A stretch of DNA of 64,000 nt from Lingula anatina (lineage: Eukaryota > Animalia > Brachiopoda): NCBI GenBank assembly GCA_051362555.1, contig CM120640.1, positions 46,044,788 to 46,108,787 of the forward strand. The letters are read 5' to 3'. The notes under the pieces are model-generated. The model searched no databases, was not told where the DNA came from, and was given only the letters and a program-made list of their open reading frames with translations. Below, in pieces: positions 48,391 through 60,900 of this stretch (the stretch's first letter is position 1; each line of letters begins with the position of its first letter). The position numbers and the translations under genes are program-made.

Positions 48391-51300
48391 TTACTCTCTG
48401 TTTTGCAACTGACGTCTTTGCCTTACGCTGTCCTCGTCTGAAGCAGCATCTTGGCCCCCAGCAATAAAAGAAGGAAATCCAGGTCTGAAGGGGAGAGGCA
48501 GAAAAGATCCTTGTGTGAACAAATTCCCTGGACGAATACGTATTGGAGAGAAAAAATTGTTCACGTTTCGAATGAAATTTGGAAATACGAATGGGCGGTT
48601 ATCGGAGTTATCCCCAGAAGGTGATGTTGTTGTTACTGGTTGCGGTGCTGGTCGTTCTCGGTTACTATTGGTTTGCTGCCCTCGCGCACGAGGCCTCGGG
48701 GGTCTGAAAATCACGCCCGTCGTTCTTTGACTGGTTGGTGGTTGTCGGGAGGTTGAGGCTGTGTTGGGTGGTGTTCCAGTAATTGTGATAGGTGAGTCGG
48801 TTGTAATCTCAGCCTGAGCGGTTGTGCTTATTGGTCCTGGGGTCTCAGTGGGTCTTGCGTACGGCGGACAAAATGAACGGCAAACTGCCTCAGATGAGCT
48901 CCCATCGATATAACAGCACATCGAGTTGTAGCATGCATCCATCATCATATATCGGGTGCACTTCGCTCCGACACGAAGGCGAGGCCGGCAGGTGGAAGGT
49001 CCAGAGGAAGAATCACAAAACAAATAAGGTGATGTACAAGGGCAATCATTTGAGCTTGATGAACATTTGTAAAAGTGCTCCGTGTATTCATTTGCCAAAC
49101 CATCGCCGTTTGTTATTTCGAACGGCAACATGCGGTCTTCAAACCGCTGATATGAGGTCTCTAAACTGGTGATTTGAGCTACGCCAGGCGGTGGAGTTTG
49201 GTTAACACCTAACGCCACTGTGTCGTTGGGGTAATCGAATTGAGGATCAATGCCATTTGCTTTTTGCCGTTCACGAAATTCCTCCCAAGCACAATCAATA
49301 AAGGCGTGGTGAAGGAAAAATACAGGGTCTCCTGGGGAATTCTCCAAATCTATCATTTGACCACCAACCCAGTTATGGGTCTTCCCGTGATTTAACTCAA
49401 AAGTGGAATCTACATAAAATGTAATGTCACGAAACCTCGTGGCCGAGTCTGGGATACCATCATCGGCCATAAGTCCCGGGAACGGGCGCTGTTCGAACCC
49501 GTAGGTTAGATTTCGAAAAAGGACGTTTATTCCTTCCGTTGCAAATCTAGTGGGCCAATTTGCAAATGGTCCTGTCGTCACATTCCCGTAGCCATTTCCG
49601 GCAAATTCCTCCGTCCACATGATGGAATCCTCGGCATTTTCTAGACCTTCGTCCATTGTGGAGTTCCAATAGGGAAGGGCCACATATGGATCAAAGCGTT
49701 GGAGGGCCCGTTCAAGCCTATAATGAAACGGGTATTATGAGCATCGAAAAATGATACACAGATGACTGTTAATGCCTTTTGCTTTAAATTGGTTGTCATG
49801 TTTGATGTTTTGTGCTAAAGTTGAAACTTCTAACAAAGGGGACTATCCAAACGTAACAAACGTTGAAGATTATTTTGCAGCTTTTTTATTACGTTACGTT
49901 TTTGGTTCCGTTAGTTTGTTCGTCTGTTAGCAACATGAGGGGTATTTGATGAAACTTAAAGGAACTGCCAAGAAATGGCCAAGGAACGAACGATCAGATT
50001 TTGGTGGTGATCCATTTACTAATAAACTAATGGTTAATTTTAAGTTTTGTAAACTATTTGTCTCTCTGCCTTCCTGTCAGCAACATTATACAAAAATGTT
50101 ATGGAGGGATTTCGATGAAATTTTCTGGATAGGTTAGACTTAAATGGACTACATTTTGGGGGTGATTAGTTAATAAGTCGATCAATTAGTAAATTAATTA
50201 GTTAAAAGATTAATCAAAAATGAGAAATTGGGCTGATTAAAAATACTGATTAAAAATACTGCTTAAAAATACATTTGCATTACCTTTTTCATATTAATAT
50301 CTAACTATAACAACTGTATATTATAGCTACACTTTAAACCTTATATTCATTTTCAAGAGAACTATAGATCTACCAACATCTTTGTTTTTATGACCCCTAC
50401 TTCAGAACACGAGAGTTGGATTAAAACAATTTTATCACTTCCTTAACATTGGCGTTTAAGCTTCTGGCAAGAGTAATTTCAAGGTTTGTTTATCGTCTAG
50501 GTTTAATGATAAGACAATAAAACACTGGACCTTTTCGCTGGAGGAAGTTTGAGCGGACTGACATTAGACCTCGTCACGTAGGTCGTATTATGGTGATCTT
50601 TGACGGAATCGAACATCCCCTTTATCCCCGGACATGTATTTATTAGATATGAAAAGAGGGAAAACTAGAGACAGGCTGGCGTTTTACAATGTTTTAATGA
50701 AAAACTAATATGTAAATAAAGTAAACATCGGAGGACATTGAATCAGATATATACCACAAATATAATTGAATTTGCGGAAAAGGAGTTAGCAAACGCATGC
50801 AGTGTAAAAATGGCCCTGTCGACAAACGTGCACATTCTATATGCAAATGAGCTCTGAAATTCATTTGAATTTGAATTTTCTGGCTCAAGGTATTTTAATG
50901 TGACAAGAATAGTGAACAAACCAAAAGGCAAATGGAAAGAGAAGGTCACGGACAAATACCATCCCCATCTCACCTTCTTTACCTTAGAGGGTCCTCATTG
51001 TTTTCAGAATGACACCTTGTAAAATGCCACATCGCAAAGGTTAATGCTTATTCTAATAGCAGCAATTTTAGTGCTTCGTATTTTATTATTTAATGATATT
51101 TCCATTGTTGACTCATTTTGAGTAAGTCATAAGGAAACCGCGAAGGGTTAGAAATACACTTTAGTACATAACGATGCAGGGAGACCGACCCCATTTATTG
51201 GCTTAAATATTTTCACGTTGTCATATTAGCGTACTATATTATCAGTGAAAGAAAGAGAAGGTGGAGAAAGGGAGATGCTACAAACATTTGCACAATTTAT

Positions 51301-52319
51301 CCCTCAAATGTTTTAGGCGGAGAAACACTTTCAAAATGTACTCAAGTTTTTTTATCTTTGGTCAGTTGTATGGCCATCGAGAGGTGTTCACAGGAAATGT
51401 CCTTGAACAGATAATTTACTCTTTTCTACTTTCAATTTTTTCTTTTGGGAGTGGGAAACAATTGTCAATTAAAACACGCCCTGCAAATGATAATCTCATT
51501 TCCAAACCGCTGAGAGGCTTACCTGAAAAGCAGTTCTCTGTGAAAAGGCAGAAACGCGGGTCCAAAGTGAGCACCCGGGGACAGGTTAGCTCGGTGATAC
51601 CCAACAAAGATGTCGTACTCCCGTACACCGTCAACAAAAGAGTTCTTCAGACGGTTCAAGGCTCGGTGAAAGCGGTCTCGTTTTTCTTTGGTTAAGCTTC
51701 GATACTCTTCCCTATAGTGCAACCTTACGGGATCAGCAACGTTGTTGGCGCCTCTCTGAAGCAAAAATGCGTTGGCCCTCGCGTTCGATGAGGCTCTGTT
51801 AACTGTGTCTGTATTATCGCCCCCTGGGAACCTTGAGATCCGATTTCCGATCCCATCCTGTCCCTGTGTAATTCTACTTCTTATATTTTGCAAAAAATTA
51901 GGCGGGGGTGGTGGTAAACTGAATGGCAAAGGTGGGAAAATCCTTCTTGGGGCTTGTCTTGCATAACGTGCTCTTTTTGGCTGTTGCACTGTCTGCCTGT
52001 GTTGTTTCATCCCCAAATGTTGGAACCAACGCTGAATTTTAGGGGTCGGGTAGAAACTGAACTTTTCCTTGCTTTTTTTCATCCAGTCCATGTACATATT
52101 GCAGCAAACGAACCGATCAGCCTCTGATATGACTTGGTACGGGTCTTGAACTGGACATTGCCATTGCCCCGACTGATCCGAGCCCTTCACATAGTGATCT
52201 GTGGCCAAGAGGAGTACAAGCAACTGAAGTAAGGCGGCTCCGTGCGTCCAACTGCTCAACAAAGGGAGTTTCTGCACAATGATAGGCATCGTCCAAAAAG
52301 AGATACCCAACTGTTGCAT
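48391..52319 (-). CDS. Secreted tyrosinase-family (type-3 copper) protein A; 2 exons (52319-51523, 49717-48391), about 707 aa
   Basis: Hydrophobic leader. CuA site YHRANLSPGAHFGPAFLPFHRE. Phase-2 intron AG|gtaag...ttatag|G, then LPYWNST. CuB site HGKTHNWVGGQM...DPVFFLHHAFID. A Cys-rich domain and a Thr/Pro-rich tail follow. The start may be the second Met. Confidence 0.93.
50234..50272. repeat. 13-bp minisatellite x3, intronic
   Basis: tgattaaaaatac tgattaaaaatac tgcttaaaaatac. Confidence 0.75.
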
Positions 52320-53600
52320 TTTGGTGATTTTAAACGTACTAATAAAACAAATGATATTTCTCTTTTTTTTTCAAGAACCTTTTCTGGTCTGCAGTTTCAG
52401 TGGTAAAAACTCGTTATCAGTGCGTTCACTGCACTTTACTGCTGCAGTCTGTTTCAACTTGTTTTTCGGGTTACTATAAATTTCCATAGGCCTTGTCGTT
52501 GTTTGATTCTGTGCACCGCTTTGCCTGAGGCCAGTCGATAAAGTTTTACTATTGTTTAGAGCGTGCCTTGTGTATTCAAACGTATGTGCATCCTGAAATT
52601 AAATCCCCACAAAAAATTAAAACACGATGATGAGGTATTTTTTTATGCACCGCAGACACAATTACACCAAGGCTGGACTCTCCTTGGCGTGTTTGAGGTT
52701 TTCATCCTTAAGTAAATCGGTATTTTTTGATAAGTTCTATAATTTGCCATTTCATTATTAAAGAGCCCAGAGTCTTTTTTTTTTTTTTTTTTTTGTTAAA
52801 TTATAGCGAATATAAACGAAACTATAATAGTCTAAAAACAATATGAATGGCACTTTCATGATTCGTTACAATAGTAGTATAAAAATATGAATATCCAACA
52901 CAGAAGTAGAAATATAGAAAATTTCACTAAAAGGAGAAAGTAGATACCTGAAGAAGTGAGCTAACACGACCTACCTACCAATGCGCCATCAATTAACCTC
53001 TATGTTCCCCGTAAGTATCAGGGTCTTTCACACGCCGTGATTTGTATTTATAGCTGTCCCGTTCGGGTCACCACGCTCCTTAATGTTGCGCATCCAAAAA
53101 TCACAATTCATTTTGTAAAACATTTCCTTTCAGGACAAGACACATAAACGGGGCGCGAGAAGTGATTTACTCGCAGGAAACCTGTCTGGCCTTCAGTCAC
53201 CTTTCTATGACATGGAGACATGACAAAAGGCTCCCTCACGTCCTATCCCTCGCGGTCCACAGGTTGAAGTATTAGGTGAACTTGAAAAGTGATTAATATT
53301 TAAGGAACATGCCAGACCTGCATTCACCTTACACGGGCTTGCAGGTGTTTCATTAAACCAAATGGTCTATTTTGTCCTCACGTTGGCGTTATTTTCCCTC
53401 TGTTATACTATAAAATTGTTAATTTTTCATTAACCTTAGATGTAGCTGCCACAGTAGCCTATAATGTATTTGTCTTACATGTAAATGAAGGTTTTGGAAA
53501 TGTAGTCTATTTATGAACAGCTTTTATATCACTTCAGCTGAGCGTAAGTAATAAAGTTCACTTTAATCTGTTTCTCGATTTCCCTTTTCAACTTCTCTAT

Positions 53601-53815
53601 GGCTCTGTTCTCACAACTTTTAGATCGATCTATCACCGCGGGGAGTCTCACTACATTACTGTCAGATAATCCCCCTTAAGTGTCCGTCCCCGCCTACTAC
53701 AAGCTTTAAGGGGTAATTAACTTTCGTGTCCGCCCGGCTGACAGCTATTTAGCGTGAACCCCCAGGGAGTTAGGTCGATCCAATGTAGGTCGATCTAATC
53801 TATGAGAATGGGGTG
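53601..53815. mobile_element. Diverged relative of the 226-bp MITE family
   Basis: The core is colinear with 28530-28755 (tagatcgatctatc..gagtctcacta..attactgtcag..gcctacta..ggtaattaact..gaacccccagggagttaggtcgatc). tat flanks both sides, and the direct repeat extends to tatggct. Confidence 0.85.
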
Positions 53816-56800
53816 TATGGCTAAGATCCAACATAAGATGAATCTTATCCGTTGGATCCTCGTCTATGTTAAACTGAGCCTTTTTTAAAGAATACCTGTA
53901 AATAAAGTATATAGCTCTACTGGAAAAGTGCTCAAAGTAAGTATTATTACTTTTAAACCGATTATAGCTTCGCGATCTACTTTCTCTCATCATTTCATGC
54001 TCAAAATGGCCTTCTTACGACTATTTTAGATAATACTTTAATGTATTTTATATTGTATCTTAAGATGTCTATTATTAAATGATTGTTATGGAAAATGTAT
54101 TTTTCGGGGATAAAAGACACTACATTCTTTTTTTTTTTAAGCTCAATATTATCTCCCTGCTTTTTTAACTCAAGTGACAAGTGAAAACTACTGAATGTAC
54201 AGTGTATTTGCGACATTTATTCAGTGCAAAAAAAAAAAAAAAAAAAAAGGATCAGGCACCGAATACTCTTATCCATAAAATGTTTTTACCGATTCCGAGT
54301 GCATGGTATTGTCTCTTTTATGGACTAAGCTGAAACGATTTCAGTAAACACTTTATGCATAAAAAACTCAACGCTGCTGACGATTGGTTTTTCTACCATG
54401 GGGCTGCCTTGTGTCAAAAATAAATAAATAAAATAAATAATAATGATAATAAAAGAATCTACAACTTGCTTGTGAAGAATAAAAGGAGAATTTAGCGAAC
54501 TGCCGTCTCCATGGCCTTTTCGAGGAAGATTTAATAATTTGCTTTATCCGAAGGCGCAGACAAGCATTTACGAGGCTTCCATTGGCTTGCAGCATTCATT
54601 TGTATTGATAACATGCATCACACAACAAACTTCAAGTAAATGTGCTTGTTGATACTGTACGAGTACACTTCACTGCCACATTTTCTCAGCCTCACAGTTG
54701 CACCTTAAATTCATCATGGAGGCCTGGACAAAAGCCTCATATAAAGTAATTTGATTTTTTTGTTATCGGTCCATCTGATGTACCCCATCTTGTCCTAATG
54801 AGTCTATAAATGCTGTTTTCGTCGCTTAATTTACACTGGAATGGGTTTAGGTCTAATTTAAAAAAGCAGTCACTATATTGCAACCCGCCCCTTACCTTAC
54901 CCCATCGTTTTCCGGCCCAACACTTATTGAGGTGGTTGATGAGTGGAGGAGGGGTTGGGGGAAAAGGGAATGTTATTCATAAAACCATTTTTTGTTCTGA
55001 TGAGAGCAATTCTCAAGAAATGATGTACGGAAATCCATTTTACTTCACAAGAGATTACAACCACTCAATGTCAATGTCAAAGTCAATGTCAAAGTCACTG
55101 TCATCTAGTCACGTAAAATTGATGCATTTTGGCTGAATATTCGAGGAAAAACATCATTTTAGCACATAAAATGCCTCGATGGTTCTCTTATCTTGCGGGA
55201 GCGTTTTGTTGCAAAATGCATTTTCGTTTTCAGATAGGACCTAATCACCTTGCCTGTCTTGCCTTTTACTTAAGGCTTAACAGCGGATAGGCCTTAAGTT
55301 CATGTTGAGGAATGGGGATTGTTATTCGGATATTTCACACGTATCCCCTCAATTCCACAGATGACACCAATTCAAGTTATGATAATACACCGACCTTGAC
55401 CTTAAATACCAGCTTTTTACTACTGAAGTGACCTATCATTCGAGTCCACACTGTTTGCAATGAAGTGCTAGCGTTTTTTTTAAACGTTAAAACGTACGGC
55501 AGAGTACGTGACAGAAAACACGTTCATTTTAATCTTGCATCAGAATATTCTCAGTTTCACTGAAACGCGTCGTATAAGTATAGGTTGTTGTGATCTCTAT
55601 CTCTGTAAGCCTGTACCCATTTGGTTAATTAAATTGAATGAATGTTATACGCGATGCGGAATACAAAATTGTGTATTCTGAAAGTGTCACGATACGTTGA
55701 TTCCCCCCCCCCTCCCCCCCCTCCCCCCATTTTGCAAAAGTTTAAAACTGTATGATATATTTCATTGTTGGGTAGATTGATAAAATAATTACAAGTAATG
55801 ACATACTTAACATGCTTAAATTCAGTCGATCCTGAATTTATTTATAGCACGCAAAATTGTAATTTATGCCTGCGGGTATTTTTCTCACGCTATTGTTTGA
55901 GCGTGCCCGAACACACGTGCTCGCTGTTTTTTGATGTTATGGGTTGAATGTGGATTTATTCTCATGACGATCCTCGCGTAAGTCTCACTTTTAGTAATCA
56001 TTTAACAAAGAAATTGCTTTTAAACGTTTTAAGCCTCGCCGTCACAAGAAAAATATCCAAGATGTATTAAATGTAAAAAAATCACAATAATATCCATTAT
56101 CATACTTTCTTCAACATCTTAATGTTTGCCGCAAAATTTTATACGTTGATGCACGTTACATTACATGTTGAAATACACGCTTGACGTAGCGAAACCTGAA
56201 GAGATAAATTTTTTTTTTTCAAAAGGCTACAGAATAGTTGCAGGTTTCTGCAGTTTTCATTTGTTGTCATAATGATATGAAATACACAAGAAAAAGGTTT
56301 GTTCTGTAGACACCTAAAAACCATCACCTCAATGTACTGAGGGTTCTCCAGGGCGTTATACAATGTCGGTTATCCACTCCATGTCAATATAATGACTTTT
56401 GGATTCCGAACATTTATTGGCAGGCACCAACTTCTACGTGTTACTTTAAATTTCGGCTTTTTTGGCGTTGATTACAGCTGATTTCTTGGCATATAACGCT
56501 GAAAACCAATTGTCAAAATGCCTTATAGAATAAACCTCTTATTAAACCAATGCTTGTTGAATGCCGTAAAGATGAAGCCACTTTTGAAACCAGTACAAAA
56601 AATGTGCGTCCTCTTTCTACCCCAAACGTGAGAAAGGTCACGTAAAACGTCAAGGTTTTATCTGTGCTTTAATTCGGAGATTATTCAAAATAATGCCATT
56701 TTCCAAAAAATATTCTTTCGGCAATGAATAAATGTGGATAGGTTTTAAAACGTGTGTAGATTATAAACCATAAATTAAAACTGAAAATAATAAAAGCGTT

Positions 56801-57265
56801 ATATACAATGCAGTCAGTCAGAAAAGGATTATTTTATTCCCAAAACCATCCTCGGCACCTTAATTAATTCTTAGCATTTCATCATATCAGTTATTCAAAT
56901 CAGCACGTAATCCAGCCCACGGTTCCTTTCCCATTAAAAGTCTGATTACGTTTAATTCTTTTAATCCACCCTGAGTCTCATATGACACTGGAAACTCATC
57001 GCTCTACTGTTAGCATGCAAATACCGTTTTCCAGTAACTGAGAAGTGAGTTTCCAGTAACCTCTGAAAATCAGGATGCTTCAATCATCCTAAAGCAAACT
57101 GAAAAAAGGAGATACTAGATACGTAAAAAGTAAATATCTATTATCAACGCGATTTAAGGGTTACTGAATTCATGATGATCCGTGATGAGGACTAGCGCTG
57201 TTGCGTGCAACGACACATTTTCTCGTGAGCCCCCTCCAGTCGCAGCCGTAATGAGGGGCTGTTTA

Positions 57266-57278
57266 GGAAATCTATAAA
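57266..57278 (+). promoter_or_regulatory. Candidate TATA box of tyrosinase B
   Basis: ggaaatcTATAAA, 155 bp upstream of the ATG. Confidence 0.45.
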
Positions 57279-57427
57279 GATTTTACCGCTCGGCTGGTCC
57301 CACGTCACGGCACTTTACCTGTGTGGTGTGTGAAGTGCAGACGCTGCCATACGGAGAGCGACAGGTGTGCGAATTCGGTGTCTGAAGAGAAGAAGTAGCT
57401 TGTCAAAGCTACCTAGACACAGTAACA

Positions 57428-57993
57428 ATGATGTCCCTCTGGGTGTGTGTGGCTCTTCTGGGAGTACTGGGCAGCGCCACTGGACACGCTGGTCATGAGT
57501 GCCCAGAAATTCACAACGCAAATGGACGCTTGACCAAGGAAGATATCGACATGTGTTGCACCAAGCTGAATTATTGGAAGCGTGAATGCGCCAAACCACC
57601 AAAAGTTAACTTCCCACCAGAAGTTGTGAAATATTGGGAATCTCTCGAAACTGCCGTCACTCACGAGGGAAAAGAAGAAAATGCATCAAAACACAACAGA
57701 ACTAAGCGCCAGACCGCTACTGGTCGCAGAGATGATACTACCATTAACCCACCACTGTATTGGCAGAGTCGCCCCATCCCTCCTCGGCCATTACCAAGAA
57801 AGGAATACCGACTCCTGTCGCCAGCAGAGAAATGGCGCTTCCATCGGGCTTTGCATGCTATGAAGGTGACTATGGTTCCAAACACAGAATTTTCGGAGTA
57901 CGACATTTTCACCGCCTACCATCAAGCTACAGAGGCACCTGGCGCTCACTTCGGTCCAGCTTTCCTTCCTTGGCACAGAGAGTTCATCAAAAG
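57428..57993 (+). CDS. Secreted tyrosinase-family protein B, exon 1
   Basis: Signal peptide MMSLWVCVALLGVLGSATG, furin site RTKR, PRKEYRLLS, CuA site YHQATEAPGAHFGPAFLPWHRE, phase-2 donor AG|gtttgt. Confidence 0.93.
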
Positions 57994-60900
57994 GTTTGTT
58001 GGATATTTTTAAAACCTCATTAGACGTCCTTTTACTGTTTAACACAATAGTTTCTGTTGTTTTTTCAAATCCAAGAAAGCGCTTCCCTTGACTTTCAGCC
58101 TTTTTCCTCCACGCGAATAAGTCTAATTAAGGAAGTTAAAAGTGTGTTTAATTCCTTGATCTAATCAAACAACTGACTGTTTTGTAACAAGTCGCGTGAT
58201 AAAACTCTTTACTGAAGTAAAAAAGGAATTTTTAGACCTACCAGACATTAAATAAGTAAGTCCAATAATAGATTAAATGGTGATTGGTATATACTCTACA
58301 TAATCAAACAATGTATCCGACGATGATGTACAAATTTAATTGAAAAATGCGTCAACGTTAATAAAAAAATGAATAAAAATACGCAGAGACTAGCTGCACA
58401 GTTTATGCCAATATACCAATATAAGATTGACATTATAAAGTTGAAACATTCATTAGAAAAGAAAGAGAGATAAGGTTAAAACGATCTTTAAAATAATTAT
58501 AACCACTACACTTCTCTTTTTAATGGAACCGTTATCGGTATACGTTACTTTCCATAATCTCCGTCTGTAAATTGCTTTTGAAATGAGCATATCTGATCTG
58601 TCATAATCAAGGATCCTTAACATTCAGCTAATTGCCCCAATGAGGGTTCCTCATGACATTTTCCTGATAATATCTGCACATTTACATTTAAGGAAGACCT
58701 ATTTTACAAATCTTTCCTTTTTCATGTTATATAAAGACGTTTTATTCAGTGCTCTAGTAAACAAAGTTTTCGACAAATATATTGTCTCCTTGAAGACAAT
58801 TCTGTAAGACACAAGCCATAAAAGATATAGACCAACGGCAAGTACTTGCAATAAAAGGGACATTTTCGAAGATTTTGTCCTTTGAAGATTGTTCACTTAT
58901 ACCTCCTACTTAGTTTTGTCTGAAAGTTACATGAATGTAATAGTTTATTCGAAAATGTTTAGAAACTGAAAATATCTCAACCGTATTTTCTATACCCGCA
59001 TCTTTCGAAAACCCTAATCTCGCCAATATAGATATTAATCCGATGAACTCGGATTGCACCAATACTTAAGGTGAATATATTTCCTTAACCGCAGCGCTGT
59101 CTGACCCTGACATAGCTCCGACCCCCTCATTACGGCCTACCTAATTACACTGACTTTACTTAAATATACACCTGTTTCACACACGACAAGGATTTTGCTT
59201 TTGATATGAAAAATCTCACGAGTAATTTGTATGACAAATGCATTTATTGCATATGTATTTTCCCTCCACATGATCATTGTCCTTTAACTATATTCGCGAA
59301 TCTGTCCTGAAGAACACATAATTTTTGTGTGTTGTTGTCTTTATTTGAAAAAAAAAGTCCAAGATTATCACAAATTGGCTGGTAGATAAAATTCACCACT
59401 AGTTTTCCGACGTTTTCCGTCTTTCCGACCTCATAATATAACAAGGTAATGTATATTACAAATAATTAAAAGTGGATACTTTCACCTTTTACTGTAAAAG
59501 TTTCATTCTTAATACATTTATTGAGATGAATCAATGGAATCCCCACTCATTACATTAAGTACATGTTTACGTAAATTGGCTTCCTTCGGTAAACTAGCGT
59601 ATTCGGATCGGGCCAATGCAAAAGCAATGCAAAAGCGAGATGCAATATGGACCTGTTTGACATTCATAATGACTGGAGAAAAAATGGAAACAAATGAATT
59701 CTGTCAAGCCTTCATGTGATTCAAGTAATTTGCACTAGAAAGCTAAGCAAGCATTAACTGTTTTAACCAATGAATAAATCGCGACCATTTGTCTTAAAGG
59801 TAAAAACGTGCAGTTAACTGTGAACTCTGTAGTATATGTCAGGTATAGTAAACGAACCATCAAGCATGACGCTTCAATACAATGAATTAATCGTTAAAAA
59901 AAAAGTGACCTTAGTTTATTATAAGTTCTTTTGGTTTGATTTATAGTTTGTCATGCTGGCGTTAAAAACTACTGATCGTAGGAAAGAAAGATGGCCATAA
60001 CATGAAGTGTCCTCATGAACCTCTGGGGTCGGACCGGTTTTATGCGAAAATTTCGTGAGAGTTGTTATGGAAGTTCGCTTGTTTTTGTTTATTGATCAAC
60101 ACACGAATAAGGCAAACAATGCTACATTATTTATCAGCTCTTAGATTGTTTCTCTCCTGATACGAGTATAATACTTGAATTTGTTTGATAACAGCATATG
60201 TAACTAAGAAGTAATTTCTTGGCAAGAATGAGAAAAATGGCCGGCCAAACAATGAAGACTATAATTCTCTTCTTACCATGCATTTGATAATCGGAACTGG
60301 ATATGTCATTTAACCTTTCATTTATCAACCCCCGGTTAATAAATAGTTAATTTGGACTTTACTGTACTGTCCATTTCCGTTAATCTTATGACACCACTGC
60401 AGTCGCTACATACACACCAAAACAAATATGTAACGCACCTGGTATGGTGACCTTTTGCGTAATTATATTTGCTTTACAACTTACCACTTCCATTTCTCAG
60501 CAGACGACTCGTCTAAAATTGCCACCAACATGCAATATGGCCATCTGAATTTTGCTTATGCTCTCCCTGTTATACAAAGAGAGTTCGTAAGGGACAGAGC
60601 AATGTCCTTGTTTCAGCTGTAGATATTCTGAACTAACATATCAGGCACATATTGGCTGGCTTTTTCGAAGTGAAAATTCAATAAGTCCATACACCTGTTT
60701 ATTCCACTGAAACTGACTGAAGAAAAGTCTAAAATTGTTGAGTTTTAAAGACGATTGCATGGTGACCATTTAAAGCCAAGAAAACCGTTAAGAATACTAG
60801 AGAAAATCGATATTCAAAAAAGTGGCATGGGTGGCATACTGCCCCTTTAAGTCGAACGCATAGTGAATTTAGACATGTAAGGGCCAGGTCGTTGCACGGT

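Noticed and set aside
55066-55103. (TCAATG/TCAAAG)n hexamer run within a 108-aa ORF
   Set aside because: A short simple repeat; the ORF has no recognisable protein features.
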